From assembly GCA_963835065.1 (NCBI GenBank), contig CAWIEK010000049.1, positions 352,001 to 416,000 on the forward strand: DNA of 64,000 bases, given 5' to 3'. This DNA comes from an uncultured Chthonomonadaceae bacterium. GTDB lineage: Bacteria > Armatimonadota > Chthonomonadetes > Chthonomonadales > Chthonomonadaceae. Of the stretch, positions 19,902-28,256 are shown in pieces. Below the pieces are notes generated by a model that worked only from the letters and a program-made list of their open reading frames with translations, did not search any database and was not told where the DNA came from. Numbering within the stretch: the stretch's first letter is position 1; every line of letters starts with the position of its first letter. Made by a program: the position numbers and the translations under genes.

Positions 19902-20530
19902 AAACTTCTCAAGCCATTCGCGTGCTTATCACGGACGACCATCCCATCGTTCGGGAAGGATTGGCGGCAATCATTGACCGCCGTGAGGACATGACAACCG
20001 TTGCCCAGGCCGGCAACGGCCAGGAAGCTTTAGAAATGTATCGCCTGCATCATCCCGATGTGGTACTGATGGACTTGCGTATGCCCCGGATGGACGGCGT
20101 GACGGCCATTACGCAGATACGCCAGGAAGCCCCCGACGCGCGCATTATCGTTCTCACGACGTTCGACGGTGAGGAAGACATTTATCGCGGCCTGCAGGCC
20201 GGGGCCAAAGCCTACCTGCTCAAGGACGCGCCCCGCGAGGAACTTGTGGAAGCGGTTCGCGCCGTACATAGCGGCCAAACGCGCATCCCCTCCAACGTCG
20301 CCGTGAAACTCGCCACCCGCATCAGCCAATCCCCCCTGACGCCCCGCGAGGGAGAAGTTCTGCGCCTGATGGTGGCCGGCAACAGCAACCAGGAAATCGC
20401 CAACGCCCTCTTCATCGCGGAAGGAACCGTGAAAGCCCACGTCAACAGCATCCTCGAAAAAATGAAAGTCAGCGACCGCACCCAGGCCGTCACGGCAGCC
20501 CTGCGGCGCGGCTTAGTCCATCTTGACTAA
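19898..20530 (+). CDS. NarL/LuxR-family response regulator
   Basis: DDHPIVR, PDVVLMD, LTPREGEVL…TVKAHV; ATGA overlap with the kinase. Confidence 0.95.
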   Translation: MKTSQAIRVLITDDHPIVREGLAAIIDRREDMTTVAQAGNGQEALEMYRLHHPDVVLMDLRMPRMDGVTAITQIRQEAPDARIIVLTTFDGEEDIYRGLQAGAKAYLLKDAPREELVEAVRAVHSGQTRIPSNVAVKLATRISQSPLTPREGEVLRLMVAGNSNQEIANALFIAEGTVKAHVNSILEKMKVSDRTQAVTAALRRGLVHLD

Positions 20531-20640
20531 AGGAGGAAGGAGGAAGGAGGAAGGAGGAAAAGCATCGTTGCTAGCCTTTTTCTGCTATGAAGGTAAATGT
20601 TCAACCAGCAGGCATTGTTTTCATCCTTCATCCTTCCTCC
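20530..20640. repeat. Heptamer inverted repeat (AAGGAGG)4 … (TTCATCC)n between convergent genes
   Basis: Read directly from sequence. Confidence 0.7.
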
Positions 20641-21797
20641 TTTAGTGTAAATGCCTCTCTAAGATACGCCAAAAACACCCCATCCTCCGACATCAGTTTG
20701 CCGGGCGAGTCGCTGAGTTTGGCGACGGGACGATTGTTGCATTTCGTCATTTTAATCACGATTTGAAGCGCGGCAAAATCGAAGTCGTTGGTCAGGTTCG
20801 TGCCGATGCCGAAGTTGACGCGGATACGGCCTTGAAAATGGCGGGCGAGTTGAATGGCTTTCGACACGTCCAGTGAGTCGCTGAAGGTCATGGTTTTGGC
20901 GCGGGCGTCAATGCCCATTTTCGCGTAATGCGCCAGCAGTTTCTCGCCCCATTCTATCGGGTCGCCCAAATCTTGGCGGCAGCCGTCGTAGGCTTTGCTG
21001 AACAGCAGGTCGAAGTCGCGCAGAAAAGCGTCCATGCCGACCACATCGGAAAGCGCAATGCCCAAATCACCCCGGTACTCCTGCATCCAGGCTTCCAGCG
21101 CGGCCTTTTGAAAGTCCGGCAGCGCGGTAAACGCCTGAAATGCCTGCAAAAACTCGTGCGCCATCGTGCCGAACGGGGTAATGCCAAACTTTTGCGCCGC
21201 CGCCACATTGCTTGTTCCCACCAGCGCCTCGCCGATACGCTCCTTCAGGGTTCCGATTACGCTCTCCTGCCAATCATGGCTATAACGCCGCCGGGTTCCG
21301 AACTCGCAGATGCGCAGGGGAACATCCGACTCGTTTATCTGCCGACATTTCGCTTCCAGCCGCTCCACGCCGACAGGATTGTTTGCGGGCGCGTTCGGCT
21401 GTGTGTGCCGGAAGTACACTTCGTTGATGATGGCAAGAACAGGCACTTCAAACAAGATCGTCCGTGCCCAATGCCCGCGTATGGTCAGCCGAAACTCGTC
21501 CGTCGTTGTAATCTCCACATTGGAGGGGTTCAGGCGTACCTCGTAAAGCAAATCCACAAAGCTCGGCTTGAGGTAGCGAATGGTTTTCAAGTACGCCAGT
21601 TCGTCCCGCGTAAACGTCAGGCGGCAAAAAGCGTCAATCTCTTCGCGTATCTCGTCGGCATACGGGCGCAAATCCACGTTTTTGCTGCGGCAGCGAAAGG
21701 CGTATTCCACATCCACATGCGGAAACCGATGCCATACCACTTGCAGCATGGTAATTTTGTACAGGTCTGTATCGAGCAGGCTATTGATGATTGGCAT
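20628..21797 (-). CDS. pncB: Nicotinate phosphoribosyltransferase
   Basis: SLLDTDLYK, EFGTRRR, GTSNV, GTMAHE, FSDSL, FGIGTNLTND, KLSDSPGK. Confidence 0.95.
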   Translation of the reverse strand: MPIINSLLDTDLYKITMLQVVWHRFPHVDVEYAFRCRSKNVDLRPYADEIREEIDAFCRLTFTRDELAYLKTIRYLKPSFVDLLYEVRLNPSNVEITTTDEFRLTIRGHWARTILFEVPVLAIINEVYFRHTQPNAPANNPVGVERLEAKCRQINESDVPLRICEFGTRRRYSHDWQESVIGTLKERIGEALVGTSNVAAAQKFGITPFGTMAHEFLQAFQAFTALPDFQKAALEAWMQEYRGDLGIALSDVVGMDAFLRDFDLLFSKAYDGCRQDLGDPIEWGEKLLAHYAKMGIDARAKTMTFSDSLDVSKAIQLARHFQGRIRVNFGIGTNLTNDFDFAALQIVIKMTKCNNRPVAKLSDSPGKLMSEDGVFLAYLREAFTLKEEG

Positions 21798-24700
21798 TGT
21801 ATTCCTGTTCAGCGAATTTTATTTCACTCCGGTTCGGCGCAGGCGAGTTCCCTGTAATCGTCAGGCCGAACGCTCTTGCTTCCGTAAGGGTTTGTTCCAG
21901 TGTACGAGATTCTTCTTGTTGTTGCGCGGCTTGTTTACGCGCTTCTTCCACTGTAGTTCTAACGCCGTAAAGCAAGCGTTCTAATTCGCTTTGTTCTTTC
22001 AGATGCAGGGGTGATTTTATTTCTTGCCGCAGACGTTGCGCCCCTTCATAAAACTGTACCGCGAGTTCCGGTTCATTTGTGGACACGGCCATGCGCGCCC
22101 AAGATTCCAGCGCGTAGGCCAGATTGCGTCGGTCGCCTAACTGCGCAAACAATTCCGTCGCTTCCAAAAAATAAGCCGCCGCATTGCGTTGGTCGCCTTG
22201 TTCCCAGGCAATCAATCCTAATATGTTAAGCGTGATGCCCATATTGCGGCGGTCGCGCAGTTGGCGGCGCAGCATCAAGGCTTCGGTCAGCAAGTTGCGG
22301 GCGAGTTCGGGCTGCCGGTTTTTACGCGCAAGTTGTCCCAGGTTGTTCAGGGACGCGGCAATGCCCCAGGTGTCGTTCATTTCGCGGCGCAATCGCAGGC
22401 TTGCCTCATAGTATTGTTTTGCCTCCTCATAATACCCCTGATTGACCGCATTGATACCCAGGTAGCCTAATGTGCCCGCTTCGCCGGCCCGATCCCCTGC
22501 CGCCCGCGCGCCCTCAAGCGACTGTCTATACCATTGTTGCGCCCCTTCGTAATCCCCTTTATTGGCGGCAATTATGCCCCGTATTCCCAATGCTCCCGCC
22601 GCGCCATTGCCTGCACAGTTGATAGTTGATAGTTGATAGTTGATAGTGGCGCTGACATTATGAACCTTCAGCGGTTCACCGTTCAGCGCTTTCCAGATTT
22701 CCAATGCTTCGTCACACGCGGTTTCCGCTTCCGCCAACTCGCAGGCAAACACGCTCAACAACGCGAACCAGTTCCATCCATTGGCGCGGCAAGCATCGAA
22801 TTCTTGTGTTTCCGGCGCATCCAGCAGCCTGCGCAGGCGTTCCCGGCCCTCCGTAAAATACCCCCGTATCTGCCACCAGCGTCCAAGCGCGTTTGCCAGC
22901 AACAGCCCGCGCCGGCGACAATCCGCCTGCGTTTCCGCCCAATCCAGCGCATAGCGCAGGTTGCCGGTTTCCGCTTCCAGCCGTTCCAGCCACACGGATT
23001 GCCCCGGCCCGGTCAGTTCCCTTTCCGCCTGTTGCGCAACCTGCGTCATCCAATCCAGATGCCGAACGCGCATTGCCTCTTCTTCGCCCGCTTCCGCCAG
23101 CATTTCGCGCGCATACTCCCCTATCGTTTCCAGCATCCGATACCGCATCTGTCCGTTTGCCTCTTCCGCCACCACGAGAGATTTGGCGACGAGAGAACGC
23201 AGCAAACCGAATGATGAGTGATGAGTGATGAGTGATGAATGGGATTTCAATTCATCATTCATCATTCCTCGTTCATCATTGATTTGCTGCGCCGCTTCCA
23301 ACGTCCAGCCGCCTGTGAACACGCTCAGGCGGCGCAGGAGAGCGCGTTCCGGTTCCGTCAGCAAGTCTACGCTGGAAGCAATCACGGCGCGGAGGGATTG
23401 ATGGCGACGCGGGCGTGTGGAAGGCGTGTCGGTCAGCATGTCGAAACGTTGGTTCAGATGAGTGACAATCTCCTGTGGCGTCAGCATTTCGATCAGGGAC
23501 GCGGCGAGTTCCAGGGCGAGGGGCAGACCGTCCAGGCGACGGCAGATTTCTGCGACGGCAGAAACATTTTGGGGCGTCAGCGCAAAGTGATTGCTGACGG
23601 ATTGCGCCCGCGTTGTAAACAATTGCGCGGCGGGGCTGTTCGCGCTGGCGGCAAAATCAGCCGCAAAATCGGAACCGATCATTTCCGGGGAATCATCGGC
23701 GAGAACGGCCAACGGTTCCACTGCAAAAACGCTTTCGCTTATCAACCCAAGTCGCTGCCGACTGGTTGCCAGCAGATGCAGATACGGGCAAGCTCGCAGC
23801 AATTCCTGCGCTGTTGTGGCGCACTCTTGCAGGCAGGTCTCGCAATTATCCAGCACAAGCAGCATGCGCCGGGATTGCAGCGCCATGTTCAGGGCTTGTG
23901 CCAGGCTAATACCCGGTTCCGCCCGTATCTGGAAGAGGGCCGCGATGTGCTGCACAACTGGAGCCGAAGCCGTCACTGTGGACAAATCGGCAAACCAGAT
24001 GCCATCCTCAAAACTTTCCTGAAAATGCCGCTGTTGGGTGTTGGGCGTTGGGTGTTGGGTGTTGGGGCAATCCGGCAGGTTCATGCTTAAAGGCGCGGGA
24101 AGCGCAAGAGGGCTTTCCTGAAGTTCACGAGCCGCCTGTATCGCCAGGCGCGTTTTGCCCACGCCCCCCGTTCCCGCCAATGTTACCAGCCGATGCGTGA
24201 GCAGACGCGCTTTGACCTCGCGCAGCAAGTCGTCCCGTCCGATCAGGGAAGTCAGCGCGACAGGCATGTTTCCCATCGAAGCGAAGGGCAGCGCCTCGAA
24301 GGAAGACGGTGCAGAAGAATGAACGCCCTCTTTTGGCGCGAACGCGGCAGAAACATCCTGCGACTTTTCTATGCCGGATTTTGCCTGATTTTGCGCTTTA
24401 ATCGCTTGCTGACGAATGTGCCCATACGCGGCCTGCGTTGTGGCTTCCGGCGCAATGTTCCCTTCGTCAAGCAGGCGTTGCCGCAACCGGTGGTAGGTTT
24501 CCAAAGCCGCCTGCGGTTCACCCGCTTTTGCTAAGGCTTCCATGACATTGCGGGTTGCCGCTTCCCGGCACGGATCACAAGCAAGCGCGCGGCGCAAATA
24601 GGCGATTTCGCCCTGTAAATCTCCATCTACATGGGCATACGCCGCCAGCGTTTCCAATGCTTTGAGGTATGCCTGCCGCCGCGCTTCCCGCTCGCCCAAT

Positions 24701-25167
24701 ATCCAGACTTCCGAAGCGCCTTCCAGCAAATCGCCGCGATACCACGCCACCGCCTGCCGCAGCCCTTCAGCATCCCCGCGCTTGATCGCTTTATCAAAGG
24801 CAAGCGCATCTATTTCCGCGTTCTCACAATTTAAGCGCAGGGTAGATTTCGCGGGAGTTTCCAGCCGAACCGCCTGCGTTCCCATCTTCGCCCGCAAATC
24901 GGACAACGCCTGCCGCAGACTGTCCGAAGGCGCTTCGCTGTCCGGCCATAGATTTTCCGCAAGCCATTGCCGCGATACATCCTGTCCCGCCCGCAGCGCC
25001 AACAACGCCAGCAAATATTTTCCTTTCACGGTACGCAGCGCAGGCAATGGCTGCCCGTCCGCACGCGCCTCAAATGCTCCGAATAGGCGGAGGGAGAAGG
25101 GGGTGTTGGGCGTTAGGTGTTGGGTATTAGGTAGTCGGTAGTCGGTAGTTGGGTCGCCGTTTGCCAT
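21781..25167 (-). CDS. AfsR/SARP-type regulator: winged-HTH + BTAD + NB-ARC ATPase + TPR
   Basis: LAENLWPD, YRGDLLEG, GTGGVGKTRLA Walker A, LLVLDNCE Walker B, LDGLPLALELAA, TPR repeats; 3' end overlaps the pncB start. Confidence 0.9.
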   Translation of the reverse strand: MANGDPTTDYRLPNTQHLTPNTPFSLRLFGAFEARADGQPLPALRTVKGKYLLALLALRAGQDVSRQWLAENLWPDSEAPSDSLRQALSDLRAKMGTQAVRLETPAKSTLRLNCENAEIDALAFDKAIKRGDAEGLRQAVAWYRGDLLEGASEVWILGEREARRQAYLKALETLAAYAHVDGDLQGEIAYLRRALACDPCREAATRNVMEALAKAGEPQAALETYHRLRQRLLDEGNIAPEATTQAAYGHIRQQAIKAQNQAKSGIEKSQDVSAAFAPKEGVHSSAPSSFEALPFASMGNMPVALTSLIGRDDLLREVKARLLTHRLVTLAGTGGVGKTRLAIQAARELQESPLALPAPLSMNLPDCPNTQHPTPNTQQRHFQESFEDGIWFADLSTVTASAPVVQHIAALFQIRAEPGISLAQALNMALQSRRMLLVLDNCETCLQECATTAQELLRACPYLHLLATSRQRLGLISESVFAVEPLAVLADDSPEMIGSDFAADFAASANSPAAQLFTTRAQSVSNHFALTPQNVSAVAEICRRLDGLPLALELAASLIEMLTPQEIVTHLNQRFDMLTDTPSTRPRRHQSLRAVIASSVDLLTEPERALLRRLSVFTGGWTLEAAQQINDERGMMNDELKSHSSLITHHSSFGLLRSLVAKSLVVAEEANGQMRYRMLETIGEYAREMLAEAGEEEAMRVRHLDWMTQVAQQAERELTGPGQSVWLERLEAETGNLRYALDWAETQADCRRRGLLLANALGRWWQIRGYFTEGRERLRRLLDAPETQEFDACRANGWNWFALLSVFACELAEAETACDEALEIWKALNGEPLKVHNVSATINYQLSTINCAGNGAAGALGIRGIIAANKGDYEGAQQWYRQSLEGARAAGDRAGEAGTLGYLGINAVNQGYYEEAKQYYEASLRLRREMNDTWGIAASLNNLGQLARKNRQPELARNLLTEALMLRRQLRDRRNMGITLNILGLIAWEQGDQRNAAAYFLEATELFAQLGDRRNLAYALESWARMAVSTNEPELAVQFYEGAQRLRQEIKSPLHLKEQSELERLLYGVRTTVEEARKQAAQQQEESRTLEQTLTEARAFGLTITGNSPAPNRSEIKFAEQEYNANHQ

Positions 25168-25238
25168 GATATAAATTGTACCCGCTTCCTCCCCTCTTAT
25201 AACCAGTGCAGGTTCCTCCCCAACACCCTCCTCCCTGT

Positions 25239-25292
25239 TCACGCAAACAAACCCCTTCTGTCACGCTGTTGTCACACACGCTCCCTTATACT
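25239..25292 (+). promoter_or_regulatory. Phased TGTCAC direct repeats and -10 box upstream of the pncA operon
   Basis: TGTCAC at 25259 and 25270 (11-bp period), TCAC at 25239 (22 bp before the TCAC at 25261), TATACT at 25287. Confidence 0.5.
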
Positions 25293-25425
25293 GTTGCCAT
25301 AAGCCGATGGACAAGCGCAATACCCGTTCATTCAAGCAGGACTGCGCTGCGAACGGTACTGATGAGATTGACGATACGATGCAGTGGGATTATACTTCCA
25401 TTTGCAGATTTGACAGGAGACTTCA

Positions 25426-26229
25426 ATGGCAACAACAGTACATCTGGTCGTGATTGACCCGCAGGTGGATTTCTGCGATCCGCGCGGCGCGCTGTATGTG
25501 ACGGGCGCGGAATCGGACATGGCGCGGCTGGCGCGGATGGTCGGGCGGCTTTCCACCAAACTCGACGACATTCACGTCACGCTGGACTCGCACCGCCTGA
25601 TTGACGTGGCGCACCCTATCTTCTGGAAAAACTCGGCGGGACGGATGCCCGCGCCCTTTACCATCATTACGGCCAAAGACGTGGAAAATGGCCGGTGGAC
25701 GCCTGTGCTGCCGGGCATGATGCGGCGGATGCTGACATACGTGCAGACGCTGGAAGCCAACGGACGCTACCCGCTCTGCATCTGGCCGCCTCACTGCCTG
25801 ATTGGATCGCCGGGGCACTGCGTTGTTCCCGAACTGCACCAGGCGCTGCAATGCTGGGAACAGCAGCGCTTTGCGATGGTGGATTACGTGACCAAAGGCT
25901 CCAACCCGTGGACAGAACACTACAGCGCCATTGTCGCCGACGTGCCCGACCCGTCCGACCCCGGCACACAGATCAATACCGCGTTCATCAAGACGCTGAT
26001 GGAAGCCGATATTGTCGCCATTGCCGGCGAAGCGGGCAGCCATTGCCTGTCCAACACGGTGCGCGACGTCGCCAACAATTTCGGCGATGACAGTTATGTG
26101 AAACGCCTTGTCCTGCTCGAAGACGCCACCAGTCCCGTACCCGGCTTCGAGCCGTTCCAAACCGACTTCATTAAAGAGATGAAAGCGCGGGGGATGCAGA
26201 TTAGCAATACGCGAGATTTTCTGAGTTAG
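25426..26229 (+). CDS. pncA: Nicotinamidase (PncA-like, isochorismatase family)
   Basis: VIDPQVDFC..GAL, DSH metal ligands, WPPHC..GS.G, TKG, YSA, AGEAGSHC (Asp-Lys-Cys triad). Confidence 0.8.
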   Translation: MATTVHLVVIDPQVDFCDPRGALYVTGAESDMARLARMVGRLSTKLDDIHVTLDSHRLIDVAHPIFWKNSAGRMPAPFTIITAKDVENGRWTPVLPGMMRRMLTYVQTLEANGRYPLCIWPPHCLIGSPGHCVVPELHQALQCWEQQRFAMVDYVTKGSNPWTEHYSAIVADVPDPSDPGTQINTAFIKTLMEADIVAIAGEAGSHCLSNTVRDVANNFGDDSYVKRLVLLEDATSPVPGFEPFQTDFIKEMKARGMQISNTRDFLS

Positions 26230-26345
26230 GTTTCAGGTATCAGGTGTCAGGTGTCAGGCAATGCAATCTGCTTTGCTAAACTTTGCAAAGGCAATAGATG
26301 TGAACAGCATTACCCTGAAACCTGAAACCTGAAACCTGAAACCTG
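26229..26345. repeat. Heptamer inverted repeat (TCAGGTN)n … (CCTGAAA)4
   Basis: Read directly; lies between pncA and vWA genes. Confidence 0.8.
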
Positions 26346-26355
26346 GAGCCTACCA

Positions 26356-27099
26356 ATGCCTATCTTTACCGACGCCACCTTACAGCAGCACGCGCTGCCT
26401 TCCGGCCAATACGGCTTTTCCGCCACCCGGCTGGACGATCTCGGCGCAACCGAATACACGCTTGTCACCATTGTTTGCGACGCCTCTCCGAGCGTCGCCG
26501 GGTTTGTCAAGGAGATGGAAAACTGCCTTGTGGAAATCGTCAAGGCGTGTAAATTCTCACCCCGCGCCGACAACCTGATGATTCGGCTGGTCACGTTTGC
26601 GACTGGCATGACGGAAGCGCACGGCTTCAAATTGCTGGAACAGTGCAATCTCAACGACTACAAGAACATCATCAAAACCTATGGCGGCACGGCCCTCTAC
26701 GACGCGGCGGAAAACGCCATTTCCGCCGTTTCCACATACGGGAGGCAGTTGACGAACGCGGATTTCGCCACCAACGGCATCGTGTTCGTCATTACGGATG
26801 GCGAAGACAACGCTTCCAAACTGAGCGTTCGCAGTGTCCGGGACGCGCTGGCAAGCGCCACCCAAACCGAAGCGCTGGAATCACTGATTTCCATTCTGGT
26901 CGGCGTCAACGTGCAGGACCCGAACATCGGCGCGTACTTGCAGGACTTCAAAAACGAGGCCGGTTTCACGCAGTACGTGGAGCTGGGCCAGGCTGACGCC
27001 AAAGCCCTTGCGAAACTGGCCGACTTCGTTTCGCGCAGCATCTCCGCCCAGAGCAAGGCGCTGGGCAGCGGCGGCTCCTCGCAAATCCTGACATTCTAA
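26356..27099 (+). CDS. vWA-domain protein (TerY-like)
   Basis: MIDAS motifs DASPS, GGTALYDA, VITDGEDN. Confidence 0.85.
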   Translation: MPIFTDATLQQHALPSGQYGFSATRLDDLGATEYTLVTIVCDASPSVAGFVKEMENCLVEIVKACKFSPRADNLMIRLVTFATGMTEAHGFKLLEQCNLNDYKNIIKTYGGTALYDAAENAISAVSTYGRQLTNADFATNGIVFVITDGEDNASKLSVRSVRDALASATQTEALESLISILVGVNVQDPNIGAYLQDFKNEAGFTQYVELGQADAKALAKLADFVSRSISAQSKALGSGGSSQILTF

Positions 27100-27105
27100 A
27101 TGTAG

Positions 27106-27251
27106 TTTCACCACCAAGACGCCAAGAACACCAAGAAAGACAAAGAAAAGACAAAGAAAAGATCAAGAAGCGAAACGAAGACGAGTTAAAGCAACGCTTT
27201 TTCTGCTGTTCCTTGTCTTTTCTTGGTGTTCTTGGCGTCTTGGTGGTGAAA
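27106..27251. repeat. 33-bp perfect inverted repeat (REP/MITE-like); half copy at 51077-51107
   Basis: TTTCACCACCAAGACGCCAAGAACACCAAGAAA and its reverse complement. Confidence 0.85.
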
Positions 27252-27273
27252 TTCTCTTTTGTTGGAGGCTGAG

Positions 27274-28176
27274 ATGGTACACGCGGATGGCGCGTTTCGG
27301 ATGGGCAGGACGCATCTGGTTTGTCAGGACTATGTGGCAGTGGCGGCAGGAGAGTTTCCCTGCGTCCTGCTGGCGGATGGCTGCTCGTCGTCACCGGACA
27401 CGGACGTAGGGGCGCGGCTGTTAGCGCGGTCTGCGCTTTCCTACGCTGCGTGTTTGTCGGATGCAGTCTCGCGGCTTGATGCCTCCCCTTCTCTCATGCC
27501 TTTTTGGGAGCAGGGGCCGGGGGTTGAGGGCGACCTGCAAACAGCCTTACAGCAGTATCATCAGCAGGCGGTTTGTGACGCCGGAAGCTATGCCGCCGCC
27601 CTGCATCTTTCCGAGACGGCTCTGGATGCCACGCTGCTGACGCTGATGGTTTGCGGGCAGAAATGGTTTGCGTCCGTGTTTGGCGATGGCGTTGTGGCGG
27701 CGTTGAATTGCGCGGGCGAGTTGGAAGTAACGGTCGTGTCTTATCTTGGCGGCTACCCCTGCTACCCGAACTACCTTGCCGATGCCGAACGTCGCAATGC
27801 TTTTTTCAAGCAAAAGGACAATCTGCGGCAAATCGAAACCTTCCGCATCAATGCGCAGGGTTGTGTCTGCGACCGCCGACAGGAAACGTGTTCGCCGGAT
27901 ATGGCCTGCCCGTTTTTCATGGGAGATGTTGAAGATTACCATTGGGTCGCCGCGCTGTCCGATGGCGTTCACTCCTTCACGACAAGCAAACCGGGCAATT
28001 GCCGCGTGAATGTCCCTCTGCCCGTTGAAGAAGTGCTGCCGGAACTGCTGGCCTTCAAAACGTTCGGCGGTCAGTTCGCGCAGCGCCGGATGCAAAAGTT
28101 TCAGCAGCAGTGCGCCGCCCGCCACTGGCAGCACCATGATGATGTGGCGATGGGAGTTATTGTCAATGCTGAGTGA
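27274..28176 (+). CDS. PP2C-family protein phosphatase (TerY-P type)
   Basis: CQDY, LADGCSS, GDG, LSDGV, HDD; GGAGG RBS. Confidence 0.85.
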   Translation: MVHADGAFRMGRTHLVCQDYVAVAAGEFPCVLLADGCSSSPDTDVGARLLARSALSYAACLSDAVSRLDASPSLMPFWEQGPGVEGDLQTALQQYHQQAVCDAGSYAAALHLSETALDATLLTLMVCGQKWFASVFGDGVVAALNCAGELEVTVVSYLGGYPCYPNYLADAERRNAFFKQKDNLRQIETFRINAQGCVCDRRQETCSPDMACPFFMGDVEDYHWVAALSDGVHSFTTSKPGNCRVNVPLPVEEVLPELLAFKTFGGQFAQRRMQKFQQQCAARHWQHHDDVAMGVIVNAE

Positions 28177-28240
28177 GCTGAGTGCTGAATGATGAATTCA
28201 GAATTCGCATATTCATCATTCATCATTCAGCACTTCAGCA
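28168..28240. repeat. Heptamer inverted repeat (GCTGAGT/TGATGAA … TTCATCA/TCAGCAC)
   Basis: Read directly; between PP2C and kinase genes. Confidence 0.75.
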
Positions 28241-28256
28241 TTTCTGGAGCGCTGCT

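Noticed and set aside
20530..20557. Four tandem Shine-Dalgarno sequences (AAGGAGG)4
   Set aside because: No downstream + strand ORF; better explained as one arm of a heptamer inverted repeat
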